This document shows, piece after piece, positions 1 to 9,591 of a stretch of DNA of 64,000 bases; position 1 is the first letter of the stretch, and the number at the start of each line of letters is the position of its first letter. The position numbers and the translations under genes were made by a program. Below the pieces are notes generated by a model, which saw only the letters and a list, made by a program, of their open reading frames with translations, was not told where the DNA came from and did no database searches. Source of the DNA: Candidatus Acidiferrum sp. (GTDB lineage: Bacteria > Acidobacteriota > Terriglobia > Acidiferrales > UBA7541); assembly GCA_035487275.1 (NCBI GenBank), contig DATHMG010000035.1, forward strand, positions 72,128 through 136,127, written 5' to 3'.

Positions 1-8
1 TGCCGATC

Positions 9-299
9 GTGGTGGATACCGCCGTACCAATCATAGTGAATGCGGTAAAGCCCAAACCAACGGGACTAAGCAAATTTGAAGGCTACGTGATGAACGCGAA
101 TATCGCGCAGATCACCGTGCGCGCCAAGGGCAATGATATGGCGATACAGACATTCGCTCTCTCGCCGCAAGCAACCGCTAAGATGCAGGCCATCGTGGAT
201 AGGGGCGGATACCAGTATGGTGACAAAGTAACCTTGTTGTACGATCCGGCTAGCCTGCAAGTCATCAAGCTCAAAGGGAAGCCTTCCAAAGCCCTTTAG
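9..299 (+). CDS. Hypothetical protein, probably truncated at the window edge
   Basis: ORF ends 12 bp before amrB on the same strand; no family recognised; true start may lie outside the window. Confidence 0.55.
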   Translation: MVDTAVPIIVNAVKPKPTGLSKFEGYVMNANIAQITVRAKGNDMAIQTFALSPQATAKMQAIVDRGGYQYGDKVTLLYDPASLQVIKLKGKPSKAL

Positions 300-311
300 T
301 TCGCGAAGCAA

Positions 312-1121
312 ATGGTTCGTCTGCCCGCCGTTGCCGGCCTATTCTATCCCTCCGATGCTGCTGAATTATCAGCTCAGATTAGTGAGTTCATCGCACCAAA
401 AAACGGATCGACGTCTCGGAATGTAAAGGCCTGTCTGGTTCCGCATGCCGGATTAATATATTCCGGCCACGTGGCAGGCGCGGTGTTTTCGAGTATCCGA
501 ATACCGAAAAAAGTTGTGATACTCGGCGTCAGGCATCGCCCTCCCGGTTCGCCTGCTGCTATCGTTTCAAATGGCGTGTGGCGTACTCCTATAGCGGACG
601 CGCATATCGATCATGAGTTGGCCGAGAGACTCCGAGCAGCATGCCCACTGCTTACCGAAGATGCCGTGGCTCACAGTAAAGAACATTCTTTGGAAGTCGA
701 AATTCCGTTCCTCCAAGTGCTCGCTCCAGATTTTCGTTTCGTGCCAATTGCGCTGGGAACCGCGCACTTTGAAACTTTGGTGAGAGTGGGAGAAGCAATT
801 GGCGGCGTTCTGGCAACGGAAAATCAGAGGGTGCTATTAGTGACTAGCTCCGACCTGAATCACTATGAGGATGATGCTACTACTCGAGTGAAAGACGGCA
901 AAGCCATTAAACAATTGTTGAATATGGACGCGCGTGGTTTGTACGATGTTTGTTTAAAGGAAGAAATTTCCATGTGCGGTTTGGGCCCGGCGGTCGGGAT
1001 GCTCACGGCTTTGCAGGTATTGAAGGGCAGTACGGCGGAATTGATTCGCTATGCAACCTCAGCTGACCGAGGAGGAGATCCTTCCGCTGTGGTGGGATAT
1101 GCGGGCATGGTTTTCTGGTGA
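312..1121 (+). CDS. amrB: AmmeMemoRadiSam system protein B (MEMO1 family)
   Basis: Motifs RxPAVAGxFYP, PHAGLIYSG, EHSLEVE, SSDLNHY, SMCG and VVGYAG. Confidence 0.93.
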   Translation: MVRLPAVAGLFYPSDAAELSAQISEFIAPKNGSTSRNVKACLVPHAGLIYSGHVAGAVFSSIRIPKKVVILGVRHRPPGSPAAIVSNGVWRTPIADAHIDHELAERLRAACPLLTEDAVAHSKEHSLEVEIPFLQVLAPDFRFVPIALGTAHFETLVRVGEAIGGVLATENQRVLLVTSSDLNHYEDDATTRVKDGKAIKQLLNMDARGLYDVCLKEEISMCGLGPAVGMLTALQVLKGSTAELIRYATSADRGGDPSAVVGYAGMVFW

Positions 1122-1134
1122 TAGCGGTGAACAA

Positions 1135-1166
1135 ATAAAAAAGACGGCCTAGAATCCGGCCGTCTT
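1135..1166 (-). terminator. Intrinsic terminator between convergent genes
   Basis: Stem aagacggcc/ggccgtctt (1141-1166) with an adjacent A-tract that reads as a U-tract on the minus strand. Confidence 0.7.
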
Positions 1167-1188
1167 CCCGAGCAAGTATTTCGGCAAA

Positions 1189-2808
1189 CTAGTGAGAGCG
1201 ACCGCCCCCCGAGCTGGATGAGCCGCGACCAGCCGACGACGTTGACATAGATGAATGACTAGAGGTCGCCATTGAGGACCCCCCTCCGCGTGCACTGGAG
1301 CCACCTTCAAAAGATCCTGCTCGGCTACCTGCAAAGGATCGAGGAGCAGGAGGTGGAGCCGCTACACGAGCTGATGCCGAAGGCATAGCGCGAGAGGAAG
1401 CCGAAGGCACCGTGCGACCTTGTCTGTCTAAAGCAATAGAGCGAGCGGGCGAGGTACTTGTTGATGAGACTTTAGCTGCGCTTGCCGTCGAAGTTGTTAC
1501 TGCGGAACCCGCATTCACGTTGCTATTCACAAAGCGATGCTCTTTAGCGTCGTAAGCAATGGAACTACCAGGCTGCCCGGAAGCGCTCAGGGTGCGAGCG
1601 GTGCGAGCGGGAACCGGCGCAGAGGTCGCGTGCGAAACTAAAGCCTGAGTGGGAACTTCTTTCACCACTTTCCACTTGGTGCCGGCCGAAACCTGCTGAA
1701 CACCGGTTGCAGAGGTCAGCGGCATGACGTGCGCCAGATTCAACGGCGTCTTGCTGCCGCTATCCAACGGATGAGTGGGAACCATGGCCACGGTACTGCC
1801 GGAACGCACAAACGTCGCCGTAACAGGATGGAATTTGACAGGTATGTGGCCACCGCCGAATCCGGTCGGAGTCCACAACCAACCGATGCCAGGTTGGAAA
1901 AACCAGCCACCGTAGTGGTAAGGCAGCCATCCCCATGGCTGGCTCCCGATAAAAGACCATCCAAATTGTGACCCATAAAACCAGTTGCCGTAGTCGAACG
2001 GTGACCAGCCAAGCCCAACCCCGTAAGGTTGCCATCCGTAACCGAGGCCCGAGATAGGATAAAAACCGCCGTAGGTGTACAAATCGCCGAACCCGGAAAG
2101 GTAGGAGGAAGAATTGGAATATTGCCTCGCCGCATTGGTCGCGGTCACTACGCTATCTTCGCGGCCTGACACCCAGCGATCAAAGTCGTCGCTTTCCGGA
2201 GCGCTGCTGACACTGGCGGTAGCGCCACCTGCGGACATGGTAAGCGACTGGCCCTTGGCCAAAATTTTGGTGTCGTTCTTGTGCACTACGTTCACTTGGC
2301 CCTTGATGACCGCCACCGTGCTGCCGTCATCAAAATTGTCCATGCGGAAATTTGCGCGGCCGGCCGCTTCGGCGGTGAAGTCACCGCCGGTGACGCTGAA
2401 ATAGTCGTCGCGCGCGGGGTTCACGTAAAAGCTGCCGGTGCCTTGACGAAGAATGAGCCGAGTCGTGAGCGAACCATCGTCAAGAGAGAGGTCAAAAAAT
2501 TCGAGCACCGAATTTTCGTTCATGAAGGCCATCGCACCATTTTCGAATTCGACCTCGGCGCGGCCGTTATCGGTGGCCAACACATCATGCTGGCGAATGG
2601 GGAGATTTAATTCGGCGCGCTCCCAAGGGGCCTTGTCGTTGGCCAGCGGATCGCCCTTGGAATCGTGAAGAATTCGCACATCGCCCTGGACGAGGCTGAG
2701 CCGAATGATGCGTGCGTGGCTAGCGGCGGTATAAATAGGATGAAGTCCGACACTGAGCACCGCTACGATCAAGATAGAAGCGAGACGGAAAGAAGTACGG
2801 AGAGTCAT
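1189..2808 (-). CDS. Exported FecR-domain protein with Gly/Trp/Tyr-rich (DUF6600-like) region and Ser/Gly-rich tail
   Basis: ATG at 2808 with AGGGG upstream and a signal peptide; ARIIRLSLVQGDV, NLPIRQHDVLATDNGRAEVEFENG; PWGWLPYHYGGW motif. Confidence 0.75.
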   Translation of the reverse strand: MTLRTSFRLASILIVAVLSVGLHPIYTAASHARIIRLSLVQGDVRILHDSKGDPLANDKAPWERAELNLPIRQHDVLATDNGRAEVEFENGAMAFMNENSVLEFFDLSLDDGSLTTRLILRQGTGSFYVNPARDDYFSVTGGDFTAEAAGRANFRMDNFDDGSTVAVIKGQVNVVHKNDTKILAKGQSLTMSAGGATASVSSAPESDDFDRWVSGREDSVVTATNAARQYSNSSSYLSGFGDLYTYGGFYPISGLGYGWQPYGVGLGWSPFDYGNWFYGSQFGWSFIGSQPWGWLPYHYGGWFFQPGIGWLWTPTGFGGGHIPVKFHPVTATFVRSGSTVAMVPTHPLDSGSKTPLNLAHVMPLTSATGVQQVSAGTKWKVVKEVPTQALVSHATSAPVPARTARTLSASGQPGSSIAYDAKEHRFVNSNVNAGSAVTTSTASAAKVSSTSTSPARSIALDRQGRTVPSASSRAMPSASARVAAPPPAPRSFAGSRAGSFEGGSSARGGGSSMATSSHSSMSTSSAGRGSSSSGGGRSH

Positions 2809-2951
2809 TGGATTACCCCTGCTGGGCGGGCTGCAATTTCGAGATGGGCAGCCCTCCGGAGCCATAAGTATGGTCTCGCGCGGTATAGGCGCCGTCAAGT
2901 GCAGCAAAGTCAACAAAATGTAAGATTTTACGAAGCTTGCAGCGCGCAAAA

Positions 2952-3299
2952 CTAGCGCAATTGGCTTGTGCGCCCGAACGAACTTCTCATGTTGGAGCGA
3001 TCGAGATTTTCGCGCAGATTCATGAGCGTAAGGAAAGTGCTAAGAATCCTGGCTTTCAGATCGTCGGTAAGAGGCAAGCCACTGGTAGCTACGCGGGCGA
3101 GGCGCTCGCCATGTTCAGCGATAAATTTCATGATTTCTCGCTGGCGTTCGTGAGGGGCATGGCCCAGCGCCGTCTCCCGGCGCATCCCCGCGCAACTGTT
3201 TTCCACCGACAAAGTAAAATGAAGCACGCACACCTGTTGCTCGCGCAGAGCAGGTGGGACTTCCATTTTGCAGCCTGTGACTTCGCAAGCGTTCGTCAT
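2952..3299 (-). CDS. Hypothetical protein with N-terminal Cys/His cluster
   Basis: 115-aa ATG ORF; C-x4-C...C-x2-H (CEVTGC...CVLH) followed by a helical region. Confidence 0.7.
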   Translation of the reverse strand: MTNACEVTGCKMEVPPALREQQVCVLHFTLSVENSCAGMRRETALGHAPHERQREIMKFIAEHGERLARVATSGLPLTDDLKARILSTFLTLMNLRENLDRSNMRSSFGRTSQLR

Positions 3300-3456
3300 A
3301 GAGCGCTAAAGATGCCGTTCATGATAGGTAACATTCTGCGCAGGTAAAATCCAGTGCGTGTCGGGACAGTGCGGCGAATGCTACACCACTGTCCGGGGGA
3401 CCAGTTCTTCCGCCAAGCCGTCCGAACAGTAACCACTAAAGAATTTCATAAAAGCG

Positions 3457-3513
3457 TTGACTCCCGAGGAGCATAACTGTATAAAAATACATACGGATGT
3501 ATATTTGTATTTG
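3457..3513 (+). promoter_or_regulatory. Sigma70 promoter of the arg operon overlapped by an ARG box
   Basis: TTGACT (3457-3462)-N17-TATAAA (3480-3485); palindrome TGTAT-aaaa-ATACA (3478-3491) and a second TGTAT half-site at 3498-3502. Confidence 0.8.
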
Positions 3514-3521
3514 AGGATTCG

Positions 3522-3971
3522 GTGAGCGCAGGCAAAACCTTTCGTCACGGACAAATTCTTCGGCTCGTTAGCGATGGCTCCATCGTCAATCAGGAAGATT
3601 TGCGACGGAGACTCGCGGCCCAACGACTACGCGTGACGCAGGCGACGCTGTCGCGCGACATACAAGAGCTGCGGCTGATCAAAACGCAGCGTGGTTACAA
3701 ATCGGTTTCCGCGCTTCCCGAAGATCAATCGCCGCTCCCTCCGCTGGCTCGGGCGTTGGGTGAATTCCTGCTGGATATCCGGCCGGCCGAAAATCTGCTG
3801 GTACTGAAAACGCCGCCGAGCGGAGCGCAGCCACTTGCTGCGGCGGTGGACGGATCTAAATTCCCAGAAATTGCAGGGACCATCGCGGGTGATGACACGG
3901 TGCTGATCATCACGCCAAATAAAAAGAGTCGCGAATCGCTTCAACGGCGCATCGAAGCTTTGATGAAATGA
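3522..3971 (+). CDS. argR: Arginine repressor
   Basis: VTQATLSRDI winged-helix motif and GTIAGDDTVLII arginine-binding motif. Confidence 0.96.
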   Translation: MSAGKTFRHGQILRLVSDGSIVNQEDLRRRLAAQRLRVTQATLSRDIQELRLIKTQRGYKSVSALPEDQSPLPPLARALGEFLLDIRPAENLLVLKTPPSGAQPLAAAVDGSKFPEIAGTIAGDDTVLIITPNKKSRESLQRRIEALMK

Positions 3972-4999
3972 GAAGTCTCGATCACATCGCGGTGGTGGGC
4001 GTCACGGGCTACACGGGCTTTGAGCTCGCGCGCATATTGGTGCGTCATCCTGCCGTAAAAGCTTCTACGTTCTATCTGCGCGATACCCAGGGCGCAAAGT
4101 GTTTAGACGAACTTTTCCCGCAACTGCGCGGACGAGGCGACGCTCCGCTGCAAACATTTTCGGTGGGCGCCCTAACGGCAAGCAAAGCTGGCCTGGCATT
4201 TTTGGCTACTCCCCATGACGTTTCGGCGTCACTGGCTCCTGCCTTAGTGACAGCGGGATTACGGGTGGTGGATTTGAGCGGAGCGTTTCGCTTCCGTTCG
4301 GGCAAAACGTTCACGAATTGGTACAAATTAGCGGCGGCGCCCGCGGAGTTGCTGGCCGAAGCGGTTTATGGCGTGCCGGAGATTTACGAAGAGCAAATCA
4401 AGGATTCGCGCATCGTCGCGAACCCTGGTTGCTACGCGACGAGCGTGATTCTCGCGCTGCGCCCGCTGACGGATGCCGGTTGGATCGCGACCGGTAGCAG
4501 CGTGGTTTGCGATTGCAAATCTGGGGCCAGCGGGGCGGGCAAGGAATTGCGGCGTGATTTGCAATTCGTCGAGGTAGACGCAAATTTCAAAGCCTACAAT
4601 CTTTTCTCACACCGGCACACGCCAGAAATCCTGGAGCATACCGGGCTGCAGGAGTCACAGGTGGTCTTCTCGACGCATTTGCTCCCGATCAGCCGAGGAA
4701 TTCTGTCGAGCATTTACGTGACCCTGGAAGCGAGCCAAAGCGGCGAAGCGGTTGAGGCTCTTTATCGCAAGTTTTACGCCGGCCGCTCGATGGTGCGCAT
4801 ATGGCGCGCCGGGTCGTTGCCCGAATTGCAACACGTGGCGCACACAAATTTCTGTGATATCGGGTTTGCACTCGATAAAAGCGGACGCCGCATGGTGATT
4901 GTGTCCTGCCTGGATAATCTCGGCAAAGGCGCTGCCGGCCAAGCGGTTCAAAATTTCAATCACATACTGGGGATAGAGGAGCACACCGCACTGCAATGA
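3968..4999 (+). CDS. argC: N-acetyl-gamma-glutamyl-phosphate reductase
   Basis: GVTGYTG, DLSGAFR, ANPGCYAT, SGASGAG and DNLGKGAAGQAVQN. Confidence 0.96.
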   Translation: MRSLDHIAVVGVTGYTGFELARILVRHPAVKASTFYLRDTQGAKCLDELFPQLRGRGDAPLQTFSVGALTASKAGLAFLATPHDVSASLAPALVTAGLRVVDLSGAFRFRSGKTFTNWYKLAAAPAELLAEAVYGVPEIYEEQIKDSRIVANPGCYATSVILALRPLTDAGWIATGSSVVCDCKSGASGAGKELRRDLQFVEVDANFKAYNLFSHRHTPEILEHTGLQESQVVFSTHLLPISRGILSSIYVTLEASQSGEAVEALYRKFYAGRSMVRIWRAGSLPELQHVAHTNFCDIGFALDKSGRRMVIVSCLDNLGKGAAGQAVQNFNHILGIEEHTALQ

Positions 5000-5856
5000 G
5001 AATCGTGATCAAGTTAGCCGGAGCATTACTCGAAGACGATAAGACGGTGCGCACGCTGGCGAGCCAGGTCGCGGCGCTCGCGAAGGATGGGCACCAGATC
5101 CTTGTGGTCCATGGGGGCGGCCGCCTCTTTACCGCGACGCTAAAGCGCATGGGCATTGAGAGCAAATTCGTCGGCGGGTTGCGAGTCACGGACCGCGAGT
5201 CGCGCGATGTGGCAGTCATGGTTTTTGCGGGATTGCTGAACAAAAAAGTCTCTGCCGCTATTTCGGCGGAGGGCCAGCCCGCCGTGGGGATTTCTGCCGC
5301 GGACGCACAATGTTTCACCGCCGAGCCCATGATGCACAACGAAGTGGAAGGCAGCCTAGGCTACGTCGGTTATCTGACGGGAATGAATACGAGCTTTATC
5401 GAATCGCTGTGGACGGATGGACTGGTGCCGGTGGCGCCCTGTCTCGGGTTGGGTGCTGACAACGAGTTGTACAACATCAACGCCGATCATATGGCCGCGG
5501 CTTGCGCGGAATTTATCGGCGCCGACCAATTGATTTATCTAACGGACGTGGCAGGCGTGCTGGATGGCGAGAGAGTACTGTCAGCGGTCAGTTGTAAAGA
5601 GATTGAACGTTTGGTGCAGTGTCGCGTCGTTTCGGGTGGTATGGTCTTGAAGCTGGAAGCCGCTAAACGCGCAATTGAAGGCGGGGTTCGCGAAGTCCGC
5701 ATCGTGGGCGGTACGGGGCCGGATGCGCTGTTGTTGGCATCGCGGTCCGGGGAAACCCAAGGGCACGATGAAGTATCCAAAGTTCCGGGCGTTCCGGGCA
5801 CGCTGATCATTCGTGAACCGCGAAACTCCGCGCAAACCGCGCTATCGGCGGCGTGA
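4996..5856 (+). CDS. argB: Acetylglutamate kinase
   Basis: VIKL, VVHGGG, GLRVTD, NINAD, LTDVAGV and SGGMVLKLEA. Confidence 0.95.
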   Translation: MRIVIKLAGALLEDDKTVRTLASQVAALAKDGHQILVVHGGGRLFTATLKRMGIESKFVGGLRVTDRESRDVAVMVFAGLLNKKVSAAISAEGQPAVGISAADAQCFTAEPMMHNEVEGSLGYVGYLTGMNTSFIESLWTDGLVPVAPCLGLGADNELYNINADHMAAACAEFIGADQLIYLTDVAGVLDGERVLSAVSCKEIERLVQCRVVSGGMVLKLEAAKRAIEGGVREVRIVGGTGPDALLLASRSGETQGHDEVSKVPGVPGTLIIREPRNSAQTALSAA

Positions 5857-7211
5857 TGCGCAACGTTCCAAAAAGATCTGCGGGATCGGTAAGCGCGCGC
5901 TTTAGGCAGCTTGGGCGAATGAAGGCTGCCGCTGCGAAGAGCGATTCGCGCGCGGAGGACGCGGAAAAATTCCTGCTGCCGACTTACAAACGTCAGCCGT
6001 TTGTGTTGGAACGCGGCAAGGGTTGCTACGTATATGACGCGACCGGTAAAAAATACCTCGACTTTCTTGGCGGGATTGCCGTCAATGCTTTGGGCCACGC
6101 GCATCCAAGAATTGTTAAGGTAATTCGTCGCGAAGCCGAGCGTGCCATTCATTTTTCGAACCTCTATCACAACGCTTATCAAGGTCCGCTGGCACGTAAG
6201 CTTGCCGAATGGTCCGGTCTCGACCGTGTATTTTTTTGCAATAGCGGCACGGAAGCAATCGACGGCGCCATGAAGCTCGCGCGGTTATGCGCGCGGACGC
6301 CTCAGGACGCGGCAGGGCAGCCTTCGCAAAAGTATCGCTTTCTCGCGCTGGAGAATTCTTTTCACGGGCGCACGTATGGCGCAATCAGCGCTACCGCGAC
6401 GGAGAAATATCGTCTACCCTTCGCTCCTGTCGTGCCGGGCGTTGAATTCGTGCGCTTCGATGACGTGGCGGATCTGGAATCGAAATTCGATGAGTCGGTC
6501 TGCGGCATCCTGATCGAAACGGTGCAGGGTGAGGGCGGCATTTACCCTGTCAGCGAATTATTCTGGAACCGTGCTCGCGCGCTGGCAACAGAGCACGGCG
6601 CGCTGCTGATCGCCGACGAGATTCAATGCGGGCTGGGCCGGACCGGGCGTTATTTCGCGTATCAGCGGTTCGCATCCAAGCCGGACATCGCGGTTATCGC
6701 CAAGCCGCTGGCCGCGGGCCTGCCGTTGGGCGCAATTTTATCTACCAACCAGGTGGCGTCCTATATCTCTCCAGGACTCCACGGCACTACCTTCGGCGGC
6801 GGACCTTTGATTTGTGCTGCCGCGCTCGAATGCCTGCAAATTATCGAGGATGAAAAATTATTAGAGAACGTTCGCAGCCGTGGCCAAGAATTGAAAGCCG
6901 GGTTGCAGGCGTTAGCCGCGAAATTTGATTTTATACGCGAGGTGCGTGCGGAAGGACTGATGCTTGGCGTTCACCTCTCGGTGGAAGGCGCGCCTTTCGT
7001 CGCGGATGCCGCCAAGCGCGGGCTGTTGATCAACTGCACGCACGATCATATTCTTCGCCTGTTGCCGCCATTCATTGTAACTCGTGCTCAAATTCGCGAA
7101 TTTCTCAAATTATTCAGCGCCCTATTAGCGGGCGTTTCTGAAAAATCTGCCTCGGCGGAAGTCAGTACACCTCGTACCAAACTGCCAAAACTATACGCTA
7201 CCGCAAGGTGA
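5853..7211 (+). CDS. argD: Acetylornithine aminotransferase (class III)
   Basis: DFLGGIAVNALGH, NSGTEA, SFHGRT, DEIQCGLGRTG, AKPLAAG and HGTTFGG; arg operon context; exact start uncertain. Confidence 0.93.
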   Translation: MMRNVPKRSAGSVSARFRQLGRMKAAAAKSDSRAEDAEKFLLPTYKRQPFVLERGKGCYVYDATGKKYLDFLGGIAVNALGHAHPRIVKVIRREAERAIHFSNLYHNAYQGPLARKLAEWSGLDRVFFCNSGTEAIDGAMKLARLCARTPQDAAGQPSQKYRFLALENSFHGRTYGAISATATEKYRLPFAPVVPGVEFVRFDDVADLESKFDESVCGILIETVQGEGGIYPVSELFWNRARALATEHGALLIADEIQCGLGRTGRYFAYQRFASKPDIAVIAKPLAAGLPLGAILSTNQVASYISPGLHGTTFGGGPLICAAALECLQIIEDEKLLENVRSRGQELKAGLQALAAKFDFIREVRAEGLMLGVHLSVEGAPFVADAAKRGLLINCTHDHILRLLPPFIVTRAQIREFLKLFSALLAGVSEKSASAEVSTPRTKLPKLYATAR

Positions 7212-7215
7212 AAAT

Positions 7216-8163
7216 ATGACTGCTACCATGTTAGCTGCGCCTACATTGTTGTCACATGATTTGCTCTCGGGAGCCGAATGGAACCCACCGCAGACGCGCG
7301 AACTACTGCATCTCGCCTCAGATATCAAGGCGCACCCGGGCCGTTACGCTTCCATACTATGCGGCAAATTTATCGCCCTGATTTTTGAAAAGCCGTCGTT
7401 GCGCACGCGCGTAACTTTCGAAGTTGGCATCCAGAGTATGGGCGGCTCGGTGATCTTCCTTGACCATACGCAGGCACGACTCGGTGAACGCGAATGCATT
7501 TCGGATGTGGCGCGAAACCTGGAGCGCTGGGTGCATGGAATCGTGGCGCGCGTTTACGAACAACGCGTGCTGGAAGAGCTGGCGGCCAATACTGAAATCC
7601 CGGTGGTGAATGCGCTCTCGGATAAATTTCATCCCTGCCAGGCGCTCGCCGATTTTATGACCATTGAAGAGAAGACCGGTTCGCTGCGCGGTTTTAAGCT
7701 GGCTTATGTTGGCGATGGGAATAATGTGTGCAACTCGCTGATATTTTTAGCCGCGCGGCTGGGGGTTCATCTACGCTTTGCTACCCCTCCGGGTTATACG
7801 CCGGCGCGCGAAGTGATTCAGGAAGCGAAACGGGTCGCTCGAGAAACGCGCGCGAAAATCGAATTGTTTACCGACCCGCGCGAGGCAGTCGCTGGAGCCC
7901 AGGGTGTTTACACCGATGCCTGGACCAGCATGGGCTTTGAAGCGGAAGGGGATGTGCGGGAAAGCGTGTTTCGGGCTTATCAAGTAAACGCGGAGTTGAT
8001 GTCGCTCGCGGCGCCCGACGCTTTGTTCCTGCACTGCCTTCCGGCACATCGCAATCACGAAGTTACATCAGAAGTTCTTGACGGACCACAGTCCGTGGTG
8101 CTGGACCAATCAGAAAATCGCATGTACGTGCAGAAGGCTATCCTGCAGACCCTGTTCAGTTAG
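7216..8163 (+). CDS. argF: Ornithine carbamoyltransferase
   Basis: SLRTR, HPCQALAD, DAWTSMG and HCLPAHR. Confidence 0.96.
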   Translation: MTATMLAAPTLLSHDLLSGAEWNPPQTRELLHLASDIKAHPGRYASILCGKFIALIFEKPSLRTRVTFEVGIQSMGGSVIFLDHTQARLGERECISDVARNLERWVHGIVARVYEQRVLEELAANTEIPVVNALSDKFHPCQALADFMTIEEKTGSLRGFKLAYVGDGNNVCNSLIFLAARLGVHLRFATPPGYTPAREVIQEAKRVARETRAKIELFTDPREAVAGAQGVYTDAWTSMGFEAEGDVRESVFRAYQVNAELMSLAAPDALFLHCLPAHRNHEVTSEVLDGPQSVVLDQSENRMYVQKAILQTLFS

Positions 8164-8310
8164 TGAAGGCGCAATTTGCATCACACTTTTGCCAAGTGAA
8201 CGCAGATTCGATTTACCGATATAGCTCGGGACATTCAAACTTTTCGCGATACGAGTGTGTGTGCAGAGTTGCGGGGGCACTGATTGTCGATTTCTTTGAA
8301 GAGAGGCGTT

Positions 8311-9531
8311 GTGAATAAAGAGAAATATAAACCCAAGAAGGTCGTACTCGCATATTCCGGGGGGCTCGACACTTCCATCATTATTCCGTGGCTAAAAGAA
8401 AATTACGGTTGCGAAGTTATCGCGCTAATTGGAGATGTGGGGCAGCGGGAGGACCTGGAGGCAGCTCGCAAGAAGGCCCTCGCCACGGGCGCGTCAACGG
8501 CACTGGTGGAAGATTTGCGCGAAGAGTTTGTGCGCGATTACATCTGGCCGACATTAAGGGCAGGCGCAGTGTATGAGCACACTTATTTACTGGGCACCTC
8601 GATGGCTCGGCCGGTGATTGCGAAGCGGCAGGCCGAAGTGGCGTTAAAACTTGGAGCGGACGGACTCTCGCACGGCTGCACTGGAAAAGGGAACGATCAG
8701 GTGCGCTTTGAATTGGCATACAAAGCGATTGCGCCAAATGTGCAAATCATCGCTCCGTGGCGTGAATGGGATATTGATTCTCGCGAAGATGCCATCGCCT
8801 ACGCGCAAAAGCATAACGTGCAGGTGGAGCAAAGCAAAAAAAATATTTACAGCCGCGACCGGAATATCTGGCACCTCAGCCACGAGGGAGGCGAGCTGGA
8901 AGATCCCGCAAATTCGCCTAACGAAGCAATGTGGCAATGGATTGCGTCTCCGCAAAATGCTCCGGAAAAGGCCGAAGAGGTGGAAATTGGATTTGAAGCG
9001 GGCGCACCCGTCTCGGTGAATGGCACGAAACTCGGGCCCGTGGATTTGCTGAACACGCTAAACGAAATCGCCGCGAAGCACGGCGTGGGCCGCACTGACA
9101 TAGTCGAAAACCGTCTGGTGGGCATGAAGTCTCGCGGGGCATATGAAACGCCCGGCGGAACGCTGCTGGTTACGGCGCACCGTGAGTTAGAAACGCTTAC
9201 GGTCGATCGTGAAACAGCGCACTTCCAGCAAGCATTGTCGTTGCGCTATGCGGAGTTGGTTTATTACGGCCTGTGGTTTTCGCCGCTGCGCGTCGCCCTG
9301 GATGGATTTTTCAATGTTTCGCAACAGAACGTGACCGGAATGGTGGGATTGAAATTGTGGAAGGGCAATCTAAACGTCACAAAGCGAGTTTCGCCGTTTT
9401 CGCTCTATCGCACCGACCTGGCGAGCTTCACCATGGGACGGTATAACCCCAAAGATGCCGAAGGTTTCATCAATCTTTTTGCCTTGCCTGTTACGGTGAG
9501 ACCAAAAGCCAAAGCCGAAGGCGGGAATTGA
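8311..9531 (+). CDS. argG: Argininosuccinate synthase
   Basis: [36 protein letters not shown] and [12 protein letters not shown]; GTG start at 8311 after GAGAGG. Confidence 0.97.
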   Translation: MNKEKYKPKKVVLAYSGGLDTSIIIPWLKENYGCEVIALIGDVGQREDLEAARKKALATGASTALVEDLREEFVRDYIWPTLRAGAVYEHTYLLGTSMARPVIAKRQAEVALKLGADGLSHGCTGKGNDQVRFELAYKAIAPNVQIIAPWREWDIDSREDAIAYAQKHNVQVEQSKKNIYSRDRNIWHLSHEGGELEDPANSPNEAMWQWIASPQNAPEKAEEVEIGFEAGAPVSVNGTKLGPVDLLNTLNEIAAKHGVGRTDIVENRLVGMKSRGAYETPGGTLLVTAHRELETLTVDRETAHFQQALSLRYAELVYYGLWFSPLRVALDGFFNVSQQNVTGMVGLKLWKGNLNVTKRVSPFSLYRTDLASFTMGRYNPKDAEGFINLFALPVTVRPKAKAEGGN

Positions 9532-9591
9532 AGGGCAGCGATACGTGTTTTCAGGATGCATAATTTGACGAGCGCAACTGAAATTATAAAA

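Noticed and set aside
9553-9572. TGCAT ARG-like half-site before argH
   Set aside because: The second half of the palindrome is absent
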